37,566 nt of DNA from a candidate division WWE3 bacterium CG08_land_8_20_14_0_20_43_13 (GCA_002774225.1 PEYW01000029.1:1-37566), one strand, 5' to 3'; shown: positions 9,784-19,824, numbered from the stretch's first letter. Notes: generated by a model not told the origin, from the letters alone. Numbers and translations are program-made.

Positions 9784-10167
9784 TTATGTTTTTGTTAGAA
9801 TTCTTTTTAGACCACCAACCGTTCTTTTAGAACCACGTTTAGTTCTTGAGTTGCTGCGAGTTCTTTGCCCGCGCACTGGTAAACCTTTTTGATGACGAAT
9901 ACCACGGTAACATCTAATATCAATCAAACGTCTAATATTCTGACTAACAACGCGCCGTAATTCTCCCTCAACTTGATAATTATCCTGAACAACATGTCCA
10001 ATTTTAGCTATCTCCTCAATACTTAAATCTTTAACGCGCTTTTCCAAGGGAATACCGGCTTTATTTAAAATTTCACGCGCCCTAGTGTCGCCAATACCGT
10101 AAATATAGGTAAGAGACACCTGAACCTGTTTATTATCGGGTACAACAATATCAGCTATACGAGCCAT
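9784..10167 (-). CDS. rpsM: 30S ribosomal protein S13
   Basis: MARIA, LTYIYGIG, YRGIRH, LPVRGQRT. Confidence 0.96.
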   Translation of the reverse strand: MARIADIVVPDNKQVQVSLTYIYGIGDTRAREILNKAGIPLEKRVKDLSIEEIAKIGHVVQDNYQVEGELRRVVSQNIRRLIDIRCYRGIRHQKGLPVRGQRTRSNSRTKRGSKRTVGGLKRILTKT

Positions 10168-10170
10168 AAA

Positions 10171-10287
10171 TCAACCTTGCCGCTGTTTGTGTTTAGGGTT
10201 GCGGCTACAAATTATTCTTACAACTCCGTGTCTTTTAATAACACGGCAATCTTTGCAAATCCTTTTAACCGAGGCGGAAACTTTCAT
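10171..10287 (-). CDS. rpmJ: 50S ribosomal protein L36 (below ORF-track length cutoff)
   Basis: Manual translation [38 protein letters not shown] (38 aa, CxxC...C...H), between infA and rpsM. Confidence 0.96.
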   Translation of the reverse strand: MKVSASVKRICKDCRVIKRHGVVRIICSRNPKHKQRQG

Positions 10288-10302
10288 ATCTACTAACTCA
10301 AT

Positions 10303-10533
10303 TTACTTAAATCGATATACTATTCTACCTAGCTCGGAGTTTACTTGGGGGAATTCCACCTTAACTTTGTCCCCAACTAGAATCTTGATTCTGAATCGGC
10401 GCATATTGCCAGAGAGATGGGCAGTAATCTCACGACCAGAATCATCATTAAGTTTAACTTTAAAGTAAGTGTTGGGAAGGGTTTTGGATACTAAACCCTC
10501 CACTACCAAGTCTTCTTGTAATTTTATCGCCAC
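10303..10533 (-). CDS. infA: Translation initiation factor IF-1
   Basis: LPNTYFKV, AHLSGNMR, ILVGDKV, GRIVYR; GTG start. Confidence 0.95.
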   Translation of the reverse strand: MAIKLQEDLVVEGLVSKTLPNTYFKVKLNDDSGREITAHLSGNMRRFRIKILVGDKVKVEFPQVNSELGRIVYRFK

Positions 10534-10560
10534 AAAAGTAAAAAACTAAAACCGGGGGTC

Positions 10561-10588
10561 ATTATAGCAAACAAAGGCTAAAAGTCAA
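10561..10588 (-). promoter_or_regulatory. sigma70 promoter for infA-rpmJ-alpha cluster
   Basis: TTGACT (10583-10588), 16-nt spacer ending TGC, TATAAT (10561-10566), followed by GC-rich GACCCCCGG. Confidence 0.75.
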
Positions 10589-11183
10589 CACATAAACCGG
10601 CGCCGGTTAGGCTCTTTAAAACAGCCTCATGAACCTGACCAATGGTACCTGAATTATCAATATTATGCAATATGCCACGTTTCATGTAGACCTCCAAAAC
10701 AGGCGTAGTCTGATTTTGATAAAAAGAAAAGCGCTCCTTAATCGCCTGTTCGTTAGCATCTCCCCGAGCTTCTCCTTTAGTGCCATCTTCATTATCTCTA
10801 CCGCGCATTCTCTCCAAAGCTAACTCGGGAGAGGTTTCCAAATGCACCACGGCCGACAGAGTCTCCCCAGTATCAGACAGAATTTGATCCAAAAGAGGAA
10901 CTTGCTCAAGGCGGCGGGGAAATGAATCAAAAATAAAACCTCGGGAGAGATCAAAGTTGCCCATATAGGCTTTTAGTATCCCAAAAACAATTTCGTCGGG
11001 TACTAATTTTCCTAAATTATTGTAATTTTCAACCGCCTCCCTGCCCCGAGCGACATTGCTTTTATTGGCCCAGCGAATTGCGTCTCCGGAGGAAATAACA
11101 GGAACACCCCCTATTTTTTGAGCAAGCAATTTGGCTTGAGTACCCTTGCCGCAACCGGAAATTCCCAAAATCAAAATAACCAT
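10578..11183 (-). CDS. adk: Adenylate kinase-family nucleoside monophosphate kinase (short LID)
   Basis: GISGCGKGTQ P-loop, SSGD, GKLVPDE, DSFPR; canonical location upstream of infA. Confidence 0.88.
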   Translation of the reverse strand: MVILILGISGCGKGTQAKLLAQKIGGVPVISSGDAIRWANKSNVARGREAVENYNNLGKLVPDEIVFGILKAYMGNFDLSRGFIFDSFPRRLEQVPLLDQILSDTGETLSAVVHLETSPELALERMRGRDNEDGTKGEARGDANEQAIKERFSFYQNQTTPVLEVYMKRGILHNIDNSGTIGQVHEAVLKSLTGAGLCVDF

Positions 11184-11186
11184 AAT

Positions 11187-11462
11187 TTATAGATTTGGTA
11201 AACCAAAATCGCCCAAACGACCGCGCATTTTCTTAGCCGCCTCCTTTTGAGAACGGGTGAGCGCTTTATTAAAAGCACGGACTAGACGAATATTCTCCTG
11301 TCCATCTACAACAACGCTAACCACCTCTTGGTCACCTTTCATTTTAACAACCACCCCTTGATAATCAGCTTCCACAAAAATTACCCCGAGTTCCTTTTTG
11401 AGAGAATCGGCCTGCTTTTTTAGATCGTAGAGCTGTTTAGCCTGATTAAATTTGTCAAACAT
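11187..11462 (-). CDS. ybaB: YbaB/EbfC-family nucleoid-associated protein
   Basis: 91 aa: N-terminal helix, short beta segment (GVVVKMKGDQEVVSV), AFNKAL helix and C-terminal GLP typical of the family. Confidence 0.75.
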   Translation of the reverse strand: MFDKFNQAKQLYDLKKQADSLKKELGVIFVEADYQGVVVKMKGDQEVVSVVVDGQENIRLVRAFNKALTRSQKEAAKKMRGRLGDFGLPNL

Positions 11463-11480
11463 AAAAAATTAGGCAAAGTA

Positions 11481-12758
11481 CTAAAGAAAACCTTCGTAAT
11501 CATGCATAACCAATTGAGATTCAACCTGACGAAGCAACTCCAAAACAACCGAAACGACAATTAAAATACCAGTACCTCCTAAAGACAAATCAATGGAACT
11601 ACTAAATATATAATGCGATAAACTGGGCAAAATAGCAACTAAACCGAGAAATAAAGCGCCAAAAAGCGTGATGTGGGAAACGACTCCCCCAAGATAAGCG
11701 CTGCTTGATTTACCCGGCCGTACTCCCGGAATAAAACCGCCGTTCTTTTTTAAATCCTCTGCTATCTTGTTTGTATCAAAGGAAAGAGAGGTATAAAAGT
11801 AGGTAAAACCAACTACCAGCAGAAAATAAAAAACACTGTACCAGATTGACCGAGAACCAAAGAAGGAAACCAGGAAGGAACCAAGGCTGGAAAGGACATT
11901 GTTAGGCATAGGCTGCAAAAAACTGCCTAACATTCCCGGAACCATTAGCAACGATAGGGCAAAAATGATGGGGATAACACCGGCTTGATTAAGTTTAATG
12001 GGAAAAAATGAATTTTTACCTTGTCCCCCGTAACGAACTTGGGTCGCATATTTAATTGGAATTTTTAAAACAGCTTCATTAACAGCTACCACCCCATAAA
12101 GTAAAATGAGAAAAGAGGCGCCAATTCCAAGCAAAGAAAACATATTAACCTGACCAAACTGAACTAGAGCGGTGATTTGACCTAACGAATTCGGCAATCT
12201 AGAGATAATCCCAGCAAAAATAAGAAGGGATATCCCATTACCAAGCCCATGAACAGAAATCAAATCGCCTAGCCATACCAAAAAAATGCTCCCACCCACT
12301 AAAGTGATTACAAGAAGGAGTTGGTTAATAAGAGGTAAATTCGAGATAACCGCTTGTTTTTGTAAAAGAAAGTAAGTACCGTAAGCCTGAAGTGTTGCCA
12401 GAGGAACAGAAAGATATCTTGTATATTGGTTAATCTTTTGTCTTCCGTACTCCCCTTCCTTTGAGAGCTCCTCTAGTTTTGGAAAAATCATAGTTAACAG
12501 ATTTAAGATAATAGAGGCATTAATATAAGGGTTAAGTCCAAGAGTAATAACCGAGAAATTTTGCATCCCACCGCCAGAAAACATATCTAGAACACCCAGC
12601 AACCCATTTTTAGAAAACAGTTGCTCAAGGGCGGCGAGATTCGCGCCGGGAATAGGAATGTGGGAAAGCACACGGGATAAAATAAGAATCGCTAAGGTAA
12701 CAGTTAATTTCTTTTTAAATCCGGGAACTTTCCAAAGTTTTCGCAAAAAAGGAGGCAT
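11481..12758 (-). CDS. secY: Preprotein translocase SecY
   Basis: HIPIPG, PYINASII, GLGNGISLLIF, AGVIPIIFA, IPGVRPG, GGTGILIVV; multiple TM segments. Confidence 0.97.
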   Translation of the reverse strand: MPPFLRKLWKVPGFKKKLTVTLAILILSRVLSHIPIPGANLAALEQLFSKNGLLGVLDMFSGGGMQNFSVITLGLNPYINASIILNLLTMIFPKLEELSKEGEYGRQKINQYTRYLSVPLATLQAYGTYFLLQKQAVISNLPLINQLLLVITLVGGSIFLVWLGDLISVHGLGNGISLLIFAGIISRLPNSLGQITALVQFGQVNMFSLLGIGASFLILLYGVVAVNEAVLKIPIKYATQVRYGGQGKNSFFPIKLNQAGVIPIIFALSLLMVPGMLGSFLQPMPNNVLSSLGSFLVSFFGSRSIWYSVFYFLLVVGFTYFYTSLSFDTNKIAEDLKKNGGFIPGVRPGKSSSAYLGGVVSHITLFGALFLGLVAILPSLSHYIFSSSIDLSLGGTGILIVVSVVLELLRQVESQLVMHDYEGFL

Positions 12759-12769
12759 GTGATAATGAT

Positions 12770-13192
12770 CTAATTACCTAGTTTTTTAGGCGTAGCTGAA
12801 GCAGAAAATGTAATCTCACGAGAAAATTTTAATTTTTTAGGCAACTCTCCACCAATGATTTTGATTCTTCCTTTAAACGAATTTTTGACCAGACCCCTCT
12901 CTCGTAACGATTCTAAATTCACCAAGTTGCCTTCTTTAAAAAAAGAGGCCAATTGGCGAGAGCTTATCGAAACAAGCGGTATGGAAACGCGCCTAAAACC
13001 TCCAATAAAAGGCAGTCGGTGAATGAAGGGTTTTTGACCGCCTTCAAACCAAGATTTAACACGACTTCTTGCTTTTTGACCCTTATTACCGCGCCCAGTT
13101 GTATGACCACCCTTGCCACTGCCAAAACCACGACCGACTATTTTAGCCTTTCTTGAACAACCTGACAATTTACTTAAGAAATGCAAATCCAT
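12770..13192 (-). CDS. rplO: 50S ribosomal protein L15
   Basis: GRGFGSGKGG, GRGNKGQKAR, FEGGQ; start at ATG 13192. Confidence 0.94.
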   Translation of the reverse strand: MDLHFLSKLSGCSRKAKIVGRGFGSGKGGHTTGRGNKGQKARSRVKSWFEGGQKPFIHRLPFIGGFRRVSIPLVSISSRQLASFFKEGNLVNLESLRERGLVKNSFKGRIKIIGGELPKKLKFSREITFSASATPKKLGN

Positions 13193-13209
13193 ATAATTAG
13201 TAAACAAAT

Positions 13210-13704
13210 TTATACTTTTTCGTCATCCGCAACACGCTCCTTACCTGGTACACGATGATCAGACATATACTCTAATGCCTTAATTAAAATCTGGCAATTT
13301 CTATTCCCGTTGTTTGTACCCAGTATCTTCGCGGAAACATCCTTTACTCCCGCTAAATCAAAAAGCGCCCGCAAAGGTCCGCCAGCCATAATTCCCGATC
13401 CTCTCGGGGCGGGCTTAATTTTTAGTCTCGCCGCACCTAAAGAAAATTCAATGTCGCAAGGGACAGTGGTACCATTAAGAGGAAAGGTAATCATGTTTGC
13501 TTTTGCCTTGCGTACGGCCTTCTTTATTGCCTCTGGAACTCCGGCAGAACGACCCAAACCAATGCCAACACTCCCTTTTCCGTTACCAACACCAACCAAA
13601 GCAGTAAAAGAAATATTGTTCCCTCCTTTTACCTTTTTGGATACACGTTTTATCTCGATTGTCTTTTCATCAATAGTTTGATCTTTTTTTACTTTATTAA
13701 ACAT
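13210..13704 (-). CDS. rpsE: 30S ribosomal protein S5
   Basis: RVSKKVKGG, GIGLG, PAPRGSGIMAGG. Confidence 0.95.
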   Translation of the reverse strand: MFNKVKKDQTIDEKTIEIKRVSKKVKGGNNISFTALVGVGNGKGSVGIGLGRSAGVPEAIKKAVRKAKANMITFPLNGTTVPCDIEFSLGAARLKIKPAPRGSGIMAGGPLRALFDLAGVKDVSAKILGTNNGNRNCQILIKALEYMSDHRVPGKERVADDEKV

Positions 13705-13708
13705 AGAA

Positions 13709-14074
13709 TTAAAACTCTAAACCATGCTCACGGGCACTTTGAGCCAATCTTTTAACACAACCATGATAAACATAACCAGAACGATCAAAAACTACTGATT
13801 TGACCTTTGCTTCCAAAGCCTTCTGGGCCAGTTTCTCGCCAACTAAATTGGCTTGTTCCATTTTGCTCCTGGGCCGCTTTTCTTTTTCCAAATCCAAACT
13901 GCCACAAGAAACTAAAGTCGCTCCTTTACTATCGTCAATAATCTGGCAAAATACATACTTGTTGGAACGAAAAACACACAACCGCGGTCTCTCTGCCGTG
14001 CCAGAAATTTTTCCGCGAATACGGGACTTTCTTTTTTCCCTTGCGTTCACTTTTACTCCATGACTATAACTCAT
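13709..14074 (-). CDS. rplR: 50S ribosomal protein L18
   Basis: [27 protein letters not shown]. Confidence 0.95.
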   Translation of the reverse strand: MSYSHGVKVNAREKRKSRIRGKISGTAERPRLCVFRSNKYVFCQIIDDSKGATLVSCGSLDLEKEKRPRSKMEQANLVGEKLAQKALEAKVKSVVFDRSGYVYHGCVKRLAQSAREHGLEF

Positions 14075-14095
14075 AAACAATGTATATCAAAAAAA

Positions 14096-14644
14096 CTATA
14101 GTTTACTAGCCTTTCCTGCTTTACCAGCCTTACGCCTTACCACCTCACCTTCATAACAGATTCCTTTACCCTTGTAAGGCTCGGGAGGACGAGATTTTCT
14201 TATCCTCGCTGCCACCTCACCTACTAATTGCTTATCAATACCAAAAACAGCGATCTTAGTTGTACCTTCAACCTGAAAGCTGATACCCTCCGGAGCTGAT
14301 ATTTCTACCGGATGAGTAAATCCAATATTCAGGACAAGAGTCTTTCCATTCAAAGAGACCCTATAGCCCATACCGACCAATTCCAAACCCTTCCTGTAAC
14401 CCTGAATAACCCCAGTTATCATATTTGATACTAGCTGCCTTTGTAGACCAAATTGCTCTCTTGCCCGGCGAGAGCTTTTGTCTGCGGAAAATCTAACAGT
14501 ATCATCAATAACTACAGCTGTTACTTCCAAAGGCAGATCAATAGCGGCACTCCCTTTTTGGCCAACCGCCGTTACTCGACGATCTTGCAAGGTTACAGTA
14601 ACACCACTTGGTATTTTAATGGGACGAACACCTATTCTCGACAT
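14096..14644 (-). CDS. rplF: 50S ribosomal protein L6
   Basis: MSRIG, GMGYR, RPPEPYKGKGI. Confidence 0.96.
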   Translation of the reverse strand: MSRIGVRPIKIPSGVTVTLQDRRVTAVGQKGSAAIDLPLEVTAVVIDDTVRFSADKSSRRAREQFGLQRQLVSNMITGVIQGYRKGLELVGMGYRVSLNGKTLVLNIGFTHPVEISAPEGISFQVEGTTKIAVFGIDKQLVGEVAARIRKSRPPEPYKGKGICYEGEVVRRKAGKAGKASKL

Positions 14645-14648
14645 ATCT

Positions 14649-15044
14649 TTAAACAATTTCAAATAAAACCTCGCCGCCTAAACTTTTCTTAACCGCCTCA
14701 AGATTACTCATTACCCCTTGAGAAGTAGAAACAACAAAAATACCTTTTTTTCTTCGATATAGTTCCGCAGAACCTCTGTAGATTCTTCTACCTTGAGTGG
14801 AAATTCTTTTTATTAAGATAAAACAAGGATCCCCGTTTTCGGTATATTTTAAGGTAATGTGTAGATATTTTCTCCCAGTGCCAGTCTTTTTAAAGCGCCT
14901 TACCTCATTAAAGTATCCGTGCTTTAGCAAAACATCAGCCACACTCTCCACTAAACTAGCACAAGGAATTTCAATAAATTCCTTCCTAACTAATGAAGCA
15001 TTATTGATTGAGCTTAGCATGTTAGACAAAGTATCAACTGACAT
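14649..15044 (-). CDS. rpsH: 30S ribosomal protein S8
   Basis: DTLSNML, RISTQGRRIY, VSTSQGVM, GGEVL. Confidence 0.94.
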   Translation of the reverse strand: MSVDTLSNMLSSINNASLVRKEFIEIPCASLVESVADVLLKHGYFNEVRRFKKTGTGRKYLHITLKYTENGDPCFILIKRISTQGRRIYRGSAELYRRKKGIFVVSTSQGVMSNLEAVKKSLGGEVLFEIV

Positions 15045-15055
15045 AATCAATAAAT

Positions 15056-15241
15056 CTAAAAACTAGCTTTACGAACACCAGGCAACTGGCCGCGAGAAGC
15101 AAGCTCTCTAAAGCAAATTCGACAAATCCCATACCGACGAATGTAGGCTCTAGGACGACCACAAATATGACAACGGTTATGAAACCGCACCTTGTATTTC
15201 GGCTGCTTTAGTTGCTTAACAAGAAGAGCTTTTTTCGCCAT
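15056..15241 (-). CDS. rpsN: 30S ribosomal protein S14 (short Zn-binding type)
   Basis: MAKKA...RCHICGRPR...[10 protein letters not shown]...PGVRKASF, 61 aa. Confidence 0.96.
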   Translation of the reverse strand: MAKKALLVKQLKQPKYKVRFHNRCHICGRPRAYIRRYGICRICFRELASRGQLPGVRKASF

Positions 15242-15276
15242 AAGACGCAGTATACAAGAAAATAACAATTTAACAA

Positions 15277-15831
15277 TTACTTGACACCTTTTCTCGATTT
15301 AAAAGGCATACCTAGTTTATCAAGAAGAACAAAAGCTTTTTCGTCATCTCCAGCAGAAGTAACGATTGTTACTTGGAAACTTTTATTAAAATTAGATTTA
15401 CTGGCATCGATCTCTGGAAAGATTGTGTGCTCGAGTATCCCCAAACTATAGTTGCCATGACCGTCAAAAGCCTTTTCCGACAAACCTTGAAAATCCCTAG
15501 TTCTAGGTAAAGCAACATTTAGCAACCTCTCCAAAAATGACCACATTCTTTCCCCTCTCAATGTCACCGATAGACCAACTAGGGCCCCTTGCCGAACCTT
15601 AAAACCAGCGATTGATAAACGGCAAGGACGGTGATAAGGAAGTTGACCGGTAATAGTAGCCAAATCTTGAGTAACTTCCTGGATATATGCCTGGTTATCA
15701 CGATCTTTTCCCACACCGATATTAAGAACCACTTTCCTGATATTTGGGGCGGCCAAAGGGTTAGTCAAAGAAAGCTCCTTAACTAATTCCGGAACTATTT
15801 TTTTCTGGTATGTTTCCTTAAGTGTTGACAT
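15277..15831 (-). CDS. rplE: 50S ribosomal protein L5
   Basis: [34 protein letters not shown]. Confidence 0.96.
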   Translation of the reverse strand: MSTLKETYQKKIVPELVKELSLTNPLAAPNIRKVVLNIGVGKDRDNQAYIQEVTQDLATITGQLPYHRPCRLSIAGFKVRQGALVGLSVTLRGERMWSFLERLLNVALPRTRDFQGLSEKAFDGHGNYSLGILEHTIFPEIDASKSNFNKSFQVTIVTSAGDDEKAFVLLDKLGMPFKSRKGVK

Positions 15832-15845
15832 TTTAGAAATTTTAA

Positions 15846-16148
15846 CTAAACGGCGGCTTTGCATTTTTTACAAAAACGGTACTTTTTCCCATCTTTTAAG
15901 CCATAACCAATTCTTGCCGACTTAGAACAATTAGGACAAACAAAGGCTACTTTTGAAACATCCAAAGCCCTTTCTACCGTAATTATTGAACCTGGACTAC
16001 TTCCTCTAGCTTTTATATGTTTTTTAACCAGATTCACACCTTCAACTAAGACCCGACCTCGCTTAGGAAAGGATTTAGAAACAACCCCTTCCTTACTACG
16101 CCAATTACCTGATAATACCTTGATTTTATCGCCTTTTCTTATTTTCAT
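15846..16148 (-). CDS. rplX: 50S ribosomal protein L24
   Basis: [14 protein letters not shown] motif, VEGVN, KKH; two C-terminal CxxC pairs. Confidence 0.95.
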   Translation of the reverse strand: MKIRKGDKIKVLSGNWRSKEGVVSKSFPKRGRVLVEGVNLVKKHIKARGSSPGSIITVERALDVSKVAFVCPNCSKSARIGYGLKDGKKYRFCKKCKAAV

Positions 16149-16157
16149 AGAAAAAAA

Positions 16158-16526
16158 TTACCAAACTTCTTTAGCCAAGGAAACAATTTTTAAAAATCCG
16201 CCCGCGCGAAGCTCCCGGGCTACTGGTCCAAAAACTCTTGTTCCTAAAGGCTCCTTATTTTTATCAATTAACACAGCCGCGTTATCATCAAATCTAATAT
16301 AGGAACCGTCCGTGCGGCGTTTTTCCTTGCGAACACGAATAATGACCGCATCAACCTTATCGTGAACCTTTACGCTGCCAATCGGCGAGGCCTTTTTTAT
16401 CACTACTTTAATAACTTCACCAACACTAGCAACTTTTTTATTCGACGCCCCGGGAATACCAATACACATTACTTCCTTGGCTCCCGTATTGTCAGCAACT
16501 GTAAGACTTGTTTGGCGCTGAATCAT
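16158..16526 (-). CDS. rplN: 50S ribosomal protein L14
   Basis: [31 protein letters not shown]. Confidence 0.97.
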   Translation of the reverse strand: MIQRQTSLTVADNTGAKEVMCIGIPGASNKKVASVGEVIKVVIKKASPIGSVKVHDKVDAVIIRVRKEKRRTDGSYIRFDDNAAVLIDKNKEPLGTRVFGPVARELRAGGFLKIVSLAKEVW

Positions 16527-16532
16527 ATCAAA

Positions 16533-16772
16533 CTAATTATTTTTAACAACTTCTATAATCTTCCAACATTTCTTTTTGCTTAGGGGACGACACTCTTCAA
16601 TTACAACCTGATTACCTTCTTGCGCCCCCAACAAATTATCGGTCATAAATTTTTGGGTGACGCGGTAGCGCTTTTCATAAAGAGGGTGGTGACGGAAAGA
16701 GTTTACCGAAACCACCGCTGTATTGGTCATTTTGTTTGAGATAACTACACCTGTTAACCTTCTTAAAGTCAT
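16533..16772 (-). CDS. rpsQ: 30S ribosomal protein S17
   Basis: GVVISNKM, HPLYEK, ECRPLSKKK. Confidence 0.95.
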   Translation of the reverse strand: MTLRRLTGVVISNKMTNTAVVSVNSFRHHPLYEKRYRVTQKFMTDNLLGAQEGNQVVIEECRPLSKKKCWKIIEVVKNN

Positions 16773-16774
16773 AA

Positions 16775-16969
16775 TCAATTAGTATTTAAATATTCTTTTT
16801 CGCTTATAACAGTCAAAATACGAGCCAAACTTTTTTTCTTTTTGCGAAGAACGGATGTGTCTTCTATAGTTCCCCCAGCCAAAGATGTTTTATAAATATC
16901 TGTTCTAACCTTACCGGCTTCTTCATACAGCTCCTTGATACTTTTTGATCTTAGCGTTTTTAAGTCCAT
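16775..16969 (-). CDS. rpmC: 50S ribosomal protein L29
   Basis: LRSKS...LARILTVISE; between rplP and rpsQ. Confidence 0.9.
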   Translation of the reverse strand: MDLKTLRSKSIKELYEEAGKVRTDIYKTSLAGGTIEDTSVLRKKKKSLARILTVISEKEYLNTN

Positions 16970-17388
16970 ACCTCTCCTTCTTTAGACAAATATCTTGTAG
17001 GAATAGGTAATTTATGACTCGCCCTAGTAAAAGCTTCCCGCGCTAAATCTTCGGTAACACCGGTTAATTCAAAGATAATCTTGCCAGTCCTCACAAAAGC
17101 CTCGTAGTGATCAACTGGACCTTTACCTTTTCCCATTCTTACTTCAGGAGGCCTTTTTGTAACTGGGGTTTGAGGAAAAACCAAAATCCATATCTTGCCG
17201 CTTCTTTTTGTATAGTGCGAAATAGCCTTACGAGCAGACTCTATTTGCCTAGCTGTTAGTCTTCCCGGAGAAACAACTTGCAAACCATAATCCCCAAAGG
17301 AAAGGGTAGACCCGCGCCAAGCTTTGCCGCCGGTCCGGCCCCTAAATTGCTTTCTGTACTTTAAGCGCTTTGGTTCGTTTGCAGGCAT
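16960..17388 (-). CDS. rplP: 50S ribosomal protein L16
   Basis: PKRLKYRKQFRG, RMGKGKG, HKLP. Confidence 0.96.
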   Translation of the reverse strand: MPANEPKRLKYRKQFRGRTGGKAWRGSTLSFGDYGLQVVSPGRLTARQIESARKAISHYTKRSGKIWILVFPQTPVTKRPPEVRMGKGKGPVDHYEAFVRTGKIIFELTGVTEDLAREAFTRASHKLPIPTRYLSKEGEVWT

Positions 17389-17403
17389 AAACAAATATAA
17401 TAA

Positions 17404-18036
17404 CTAGACTTTAACATCACCTTTATAAACCCAAACTTTTATCCCAATCGTTCCATAAGCAGTAAAGGCGGTATCTTTAGCGTAGTCTATATTAGCTCGA
17501 ATCGTTTGCCCTGGAACAGCCCCACGACTAACTACTACACTACGAGCAATTGAAGATGGCCCGCCTAAGACACCAGCGCACTTGATTCTAACACCTTTGG
17601 CGCCTTTTTCCATGGCTTTATCAGCATCAGTTCTCATTATCCTGTTGTAGGGAAACCTGCCTTCGATCCGTCTCGCAATGTTACTGGCAATCAAGGTAGC
17701 GGATGTGTCAGGATTTTTGACAGTTTCTACATCAATTGTAACCTTATCTTTAGTAATTTTCGCCAACTCCTGATTAAGATTTTGAATGTTGGCTCCACCA
17801 CGACCAATAACAACACCCGGACGACCAACTTTAAGAATTAACTTAATCTGTGAAACCGAACGCTCAATTTCAACTTTCTCTAAATTCGCGCCCTGTAAAC
17901 TCTTAAAAAGGTATTGACGCAACTTATAATCAGAAAGGAGGTTTGCGATGTACTCCTTTTTTTTATTAAACCAGCGAGATTCCCATGCTAGGTGTGGTCC
18001 TACTCTAAAACTGCGGGGGTCAACTTTTTTTCCCAT
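17404..18036 (-). CDS. rpsC: 30S ribosomal protein S3
   Basis: MGKKVDP, RPGVVIGRGG KH motif, GAKG, RANIDY, GIKVW. Confidence 0.96.
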   Translation of the reverse strand: MGKKVDPRSFRVGPHLAWESRWFNKKKEYIANLLSDYKLRQYLFKSLQGANLEKVEIERSVSQIKLILKVGRPGVVIGRGGANIQNLNQELAKITKDKVTIDVETVKNPDTSATLIASNIARRIEGRFPYNRIMRTDADKAMEKGAKGVRIKCAGVLGGPSSIARSVVVSRGAVPGQTIRANIDYAKDTAFTAYGTIGIKVWVYKGDVKV

Positions 18037-18050
18037 AAACCAAAAAATAC

Positions 18051-18401
18051 TTAATTCTTTTTACTAATACCAATAACTAAATTAGTTCTTCTTTTCTTTA
18101 TACGATTGGCGTGGCCGCGCCCAACCGGCTGCCAACGTTTAAGAAAGGGCGCGGAATTAGCTAAGGCAGTACTAACTACCCACCTATCTTTAGCTAAATC
18201 AGCTCTCTGCACATTGGCATTAGCCATTACTGACTTTAAAGTTTTTAAAATGTCCGATGCGATACCCTTACGGCTCAATTCCAGCTGCTTTAAACAAAAG
18301 GACAGCTCTTTCCCCCTTATCAAACCCATTAATAGTCCAACCTTTTGAGGAGGGGCTTTTAAGGAAGGGTATTTTATAATAAATTCAGCGTTTGCACCCA
18401 T
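18051..18401 (-). CDS. rplV: 50S ribosomal protein L22 (divergent)
   Basis: PQKV..L..LIRG, LKSVMANA, LKRWQP..RG.ANRIKKR; between rpsS and rpsC; start at ATG 18401. Confidence 0.88.
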   Translation of the reverse strand: MGANAEFIIKYPSLKAPPQKVGLLMGLIRGKELSFCLKQLELSRKGIASDILKTLKSVMANANVQRADLAKDRWVVSTALANSAPFLKRWQPVGRGHANRIKKRRTNLVIGISKKN

Positions 18402-18414
18402 AATTAAAATAGGA

Positions 18415-18705
18415 TTAGTCGGCAGGTTTCTTATCAGCGGTATCTTTTCTACCACCGTGAGCCCTAAAAATTCTTGTGAGGGCAAATTCACCCAACCGAT
18501 GACCAATCATCGCTTCGGTAACGAATACATTAACATGTAATTTACCGTTGTGAACACCAAATGTATGACCAACCATTTCTGGAGTAATTACCGAAGAACG
18601 GAACCAAGTTTTTATAACTTGCCGGCTGCCAGATTCCTCGGCACGCCTAACTTTAATAAGAAGCTTTTCATTGGTGTAAGGGCCCTTTTTTGATGATCTA
18701 GACAT
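18415..18705 (-). CDS. rpsS: 30S ribosomal protein S19
   Basis: [21 protein letters not shown]. Confidence 0.97.
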   Translation of the reverse strand: MSRSSKKGPYTNEKLLIKVRRAEESGSRQVIKTWFRSSVITPEMVGHTFGVHNGKLHVNVFVTEAMIGHRLGEFALTRIFRAHGGRKDTADKKPAD

Positions 18706-18708
18706 ATT

Positions 18709-19542
18709 TTATTTAACACGACGGCTAATTATATATTTAGTTGCAGTGTTCCTTTTTCTCCTTGTTCTAACTCCGTAAGCCTTTTTACCCCAGGGAGTCT
18801 TTGGACAAGGCATTCCCACCGGAGAGCGCCCCTCACCGCCACCATGAGGATGTGAATCGGGGTGCATCGCTGTTCCCCTAACCTCGGGTCTTCTACCTAA
18901 ATGCCTGCTGCGACCGGCTTTACCCAATTTACAGTTTTTCAAGTCCGCATTACCTAAAACCCCAACAGTTGCCCAACAATCAACAGGAACTTTGCGAATT
19001 TCACTGCTGGGCATTTTTAATAAAGCGAAATTTCCCTCTTTTGCCATCAAATAGCAGGACACCCCAGCCCCACGAGCCAATTTTCCACCCGCTCCTGGTC
19101 TTAATTCAACATTATGCACAGCTAAACCCAAAGGAATACTGGAAAGAGGCAAGCAGTTACCAACTTCGACCTCCACATTTGATCCAGAAACAACAAAAGA
19201 ACCTTCTTTAAGATCCTCGGGGGCTAGAATATAACTCTTTTCACCATCTTTGTAAACTATTAAAGCAATATCAGCGCCGCGATTTGGGTCATATTCAATA
19301 TTAACCACTTTAGCCGAAATATTCTTCTTTGAGCGCTTAAAGTCGATGCAACGATACAGTTTTTTAGCTCCAACCTGCCTATGACGGGTGCTGACACGGC
19401 CATGAGAACGACCCACATGGCCGCAGAAAGTACCGGTGGTTAACTTTTTGTGCGGGCTATTTATTTTCTTTCTCGCAACAGAAACAAGAGCAACTCGTTC
19501 CCGCTGACCAGAAGAAGTTGGTTTAAATTTCCTTAAAGCCAT
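18709..19542 (-). CDS. rplB: 50S ribosomal protein L2
   Basis: IEYDPNR, GKAGR, HPHGGGEGR, TPWGK. Confidence 0.97.
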   Translation of the reverse strand: MALRKFKPTSSGQRERVALVSVARKKINSPHKKLTTGTFCGHVGRSHGRVSTRHRQVGAKKLYRCIDFKRSKKNISAKVVNIEYDPNRGADIALIVYKDGEKSYILAPEDLKEGSFVVSGSNVEVEVGNCLPLSSIPLGLAVHNVELRPGAGGKLARGAGVSCYLMAKEGNFALLKMPSSEIRKVPVDCWATVGVLGNADLKNCKLGKAGRSRHLGRRPEVRGTAMHPDSHPHGGGEGRSPVGMPCPKTPWGKKAYGVRTRRKRNTATKYIISRRVK

Positions 19543-19550
19543 ATTCAAAA

Positions 19551-19820
19551 TTAATCAATTTTTATTTGATCATCTTTATTTAATGTAATGATCGCCAATT
19601 TTTTTAAAGGTGTCCTTCTTAAAGTCGGATGCGCGCCGGCCCGTTTTACCTTACCCAATCGTCTTAGCACATTTATTTTTAATACCTTAACCGAATATCT
19701 TTTAAAAACCTCTCTCGCAATTTCTCCCTTTGTGGAGTCTTGGCTGACCTCAAAAACATATTTTCTTTGCTTGCCTAAAATCGAAGTTTTTTCTGTTTCC
19801 TTAAGATGTTTCAGAATCAT
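19551..19820 (-). CDS. rplW: 50S ribosomal protein L23
   Basis: TEKT, YVFEV, GKVKR, KKLAIITL; between rplD and rplB. Confidence 0.92.
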   Translation of the reverse strand: MILKHLKETEKTSILGKQRKYVFEVSQDSTKGEIAREVFKRYSVKVLKINVLRRLGKVKRAGAHPTLRRTPLKKLAIITLNKDDQIKID

Positions 19821-19824
19821 ATTT

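Noticed and set aside
18402..18506. N-terminal extensions in the track for rplV, and similarly hup, recA, rpsI, rplE, rpsG, mltG and the 515-aa ORF
   Set aside because: They arise from upstream TTG/GTG/ATG codons that overlap neighbouring genes, promoters or repeats; downstream ATGs give family-typical N-termini.
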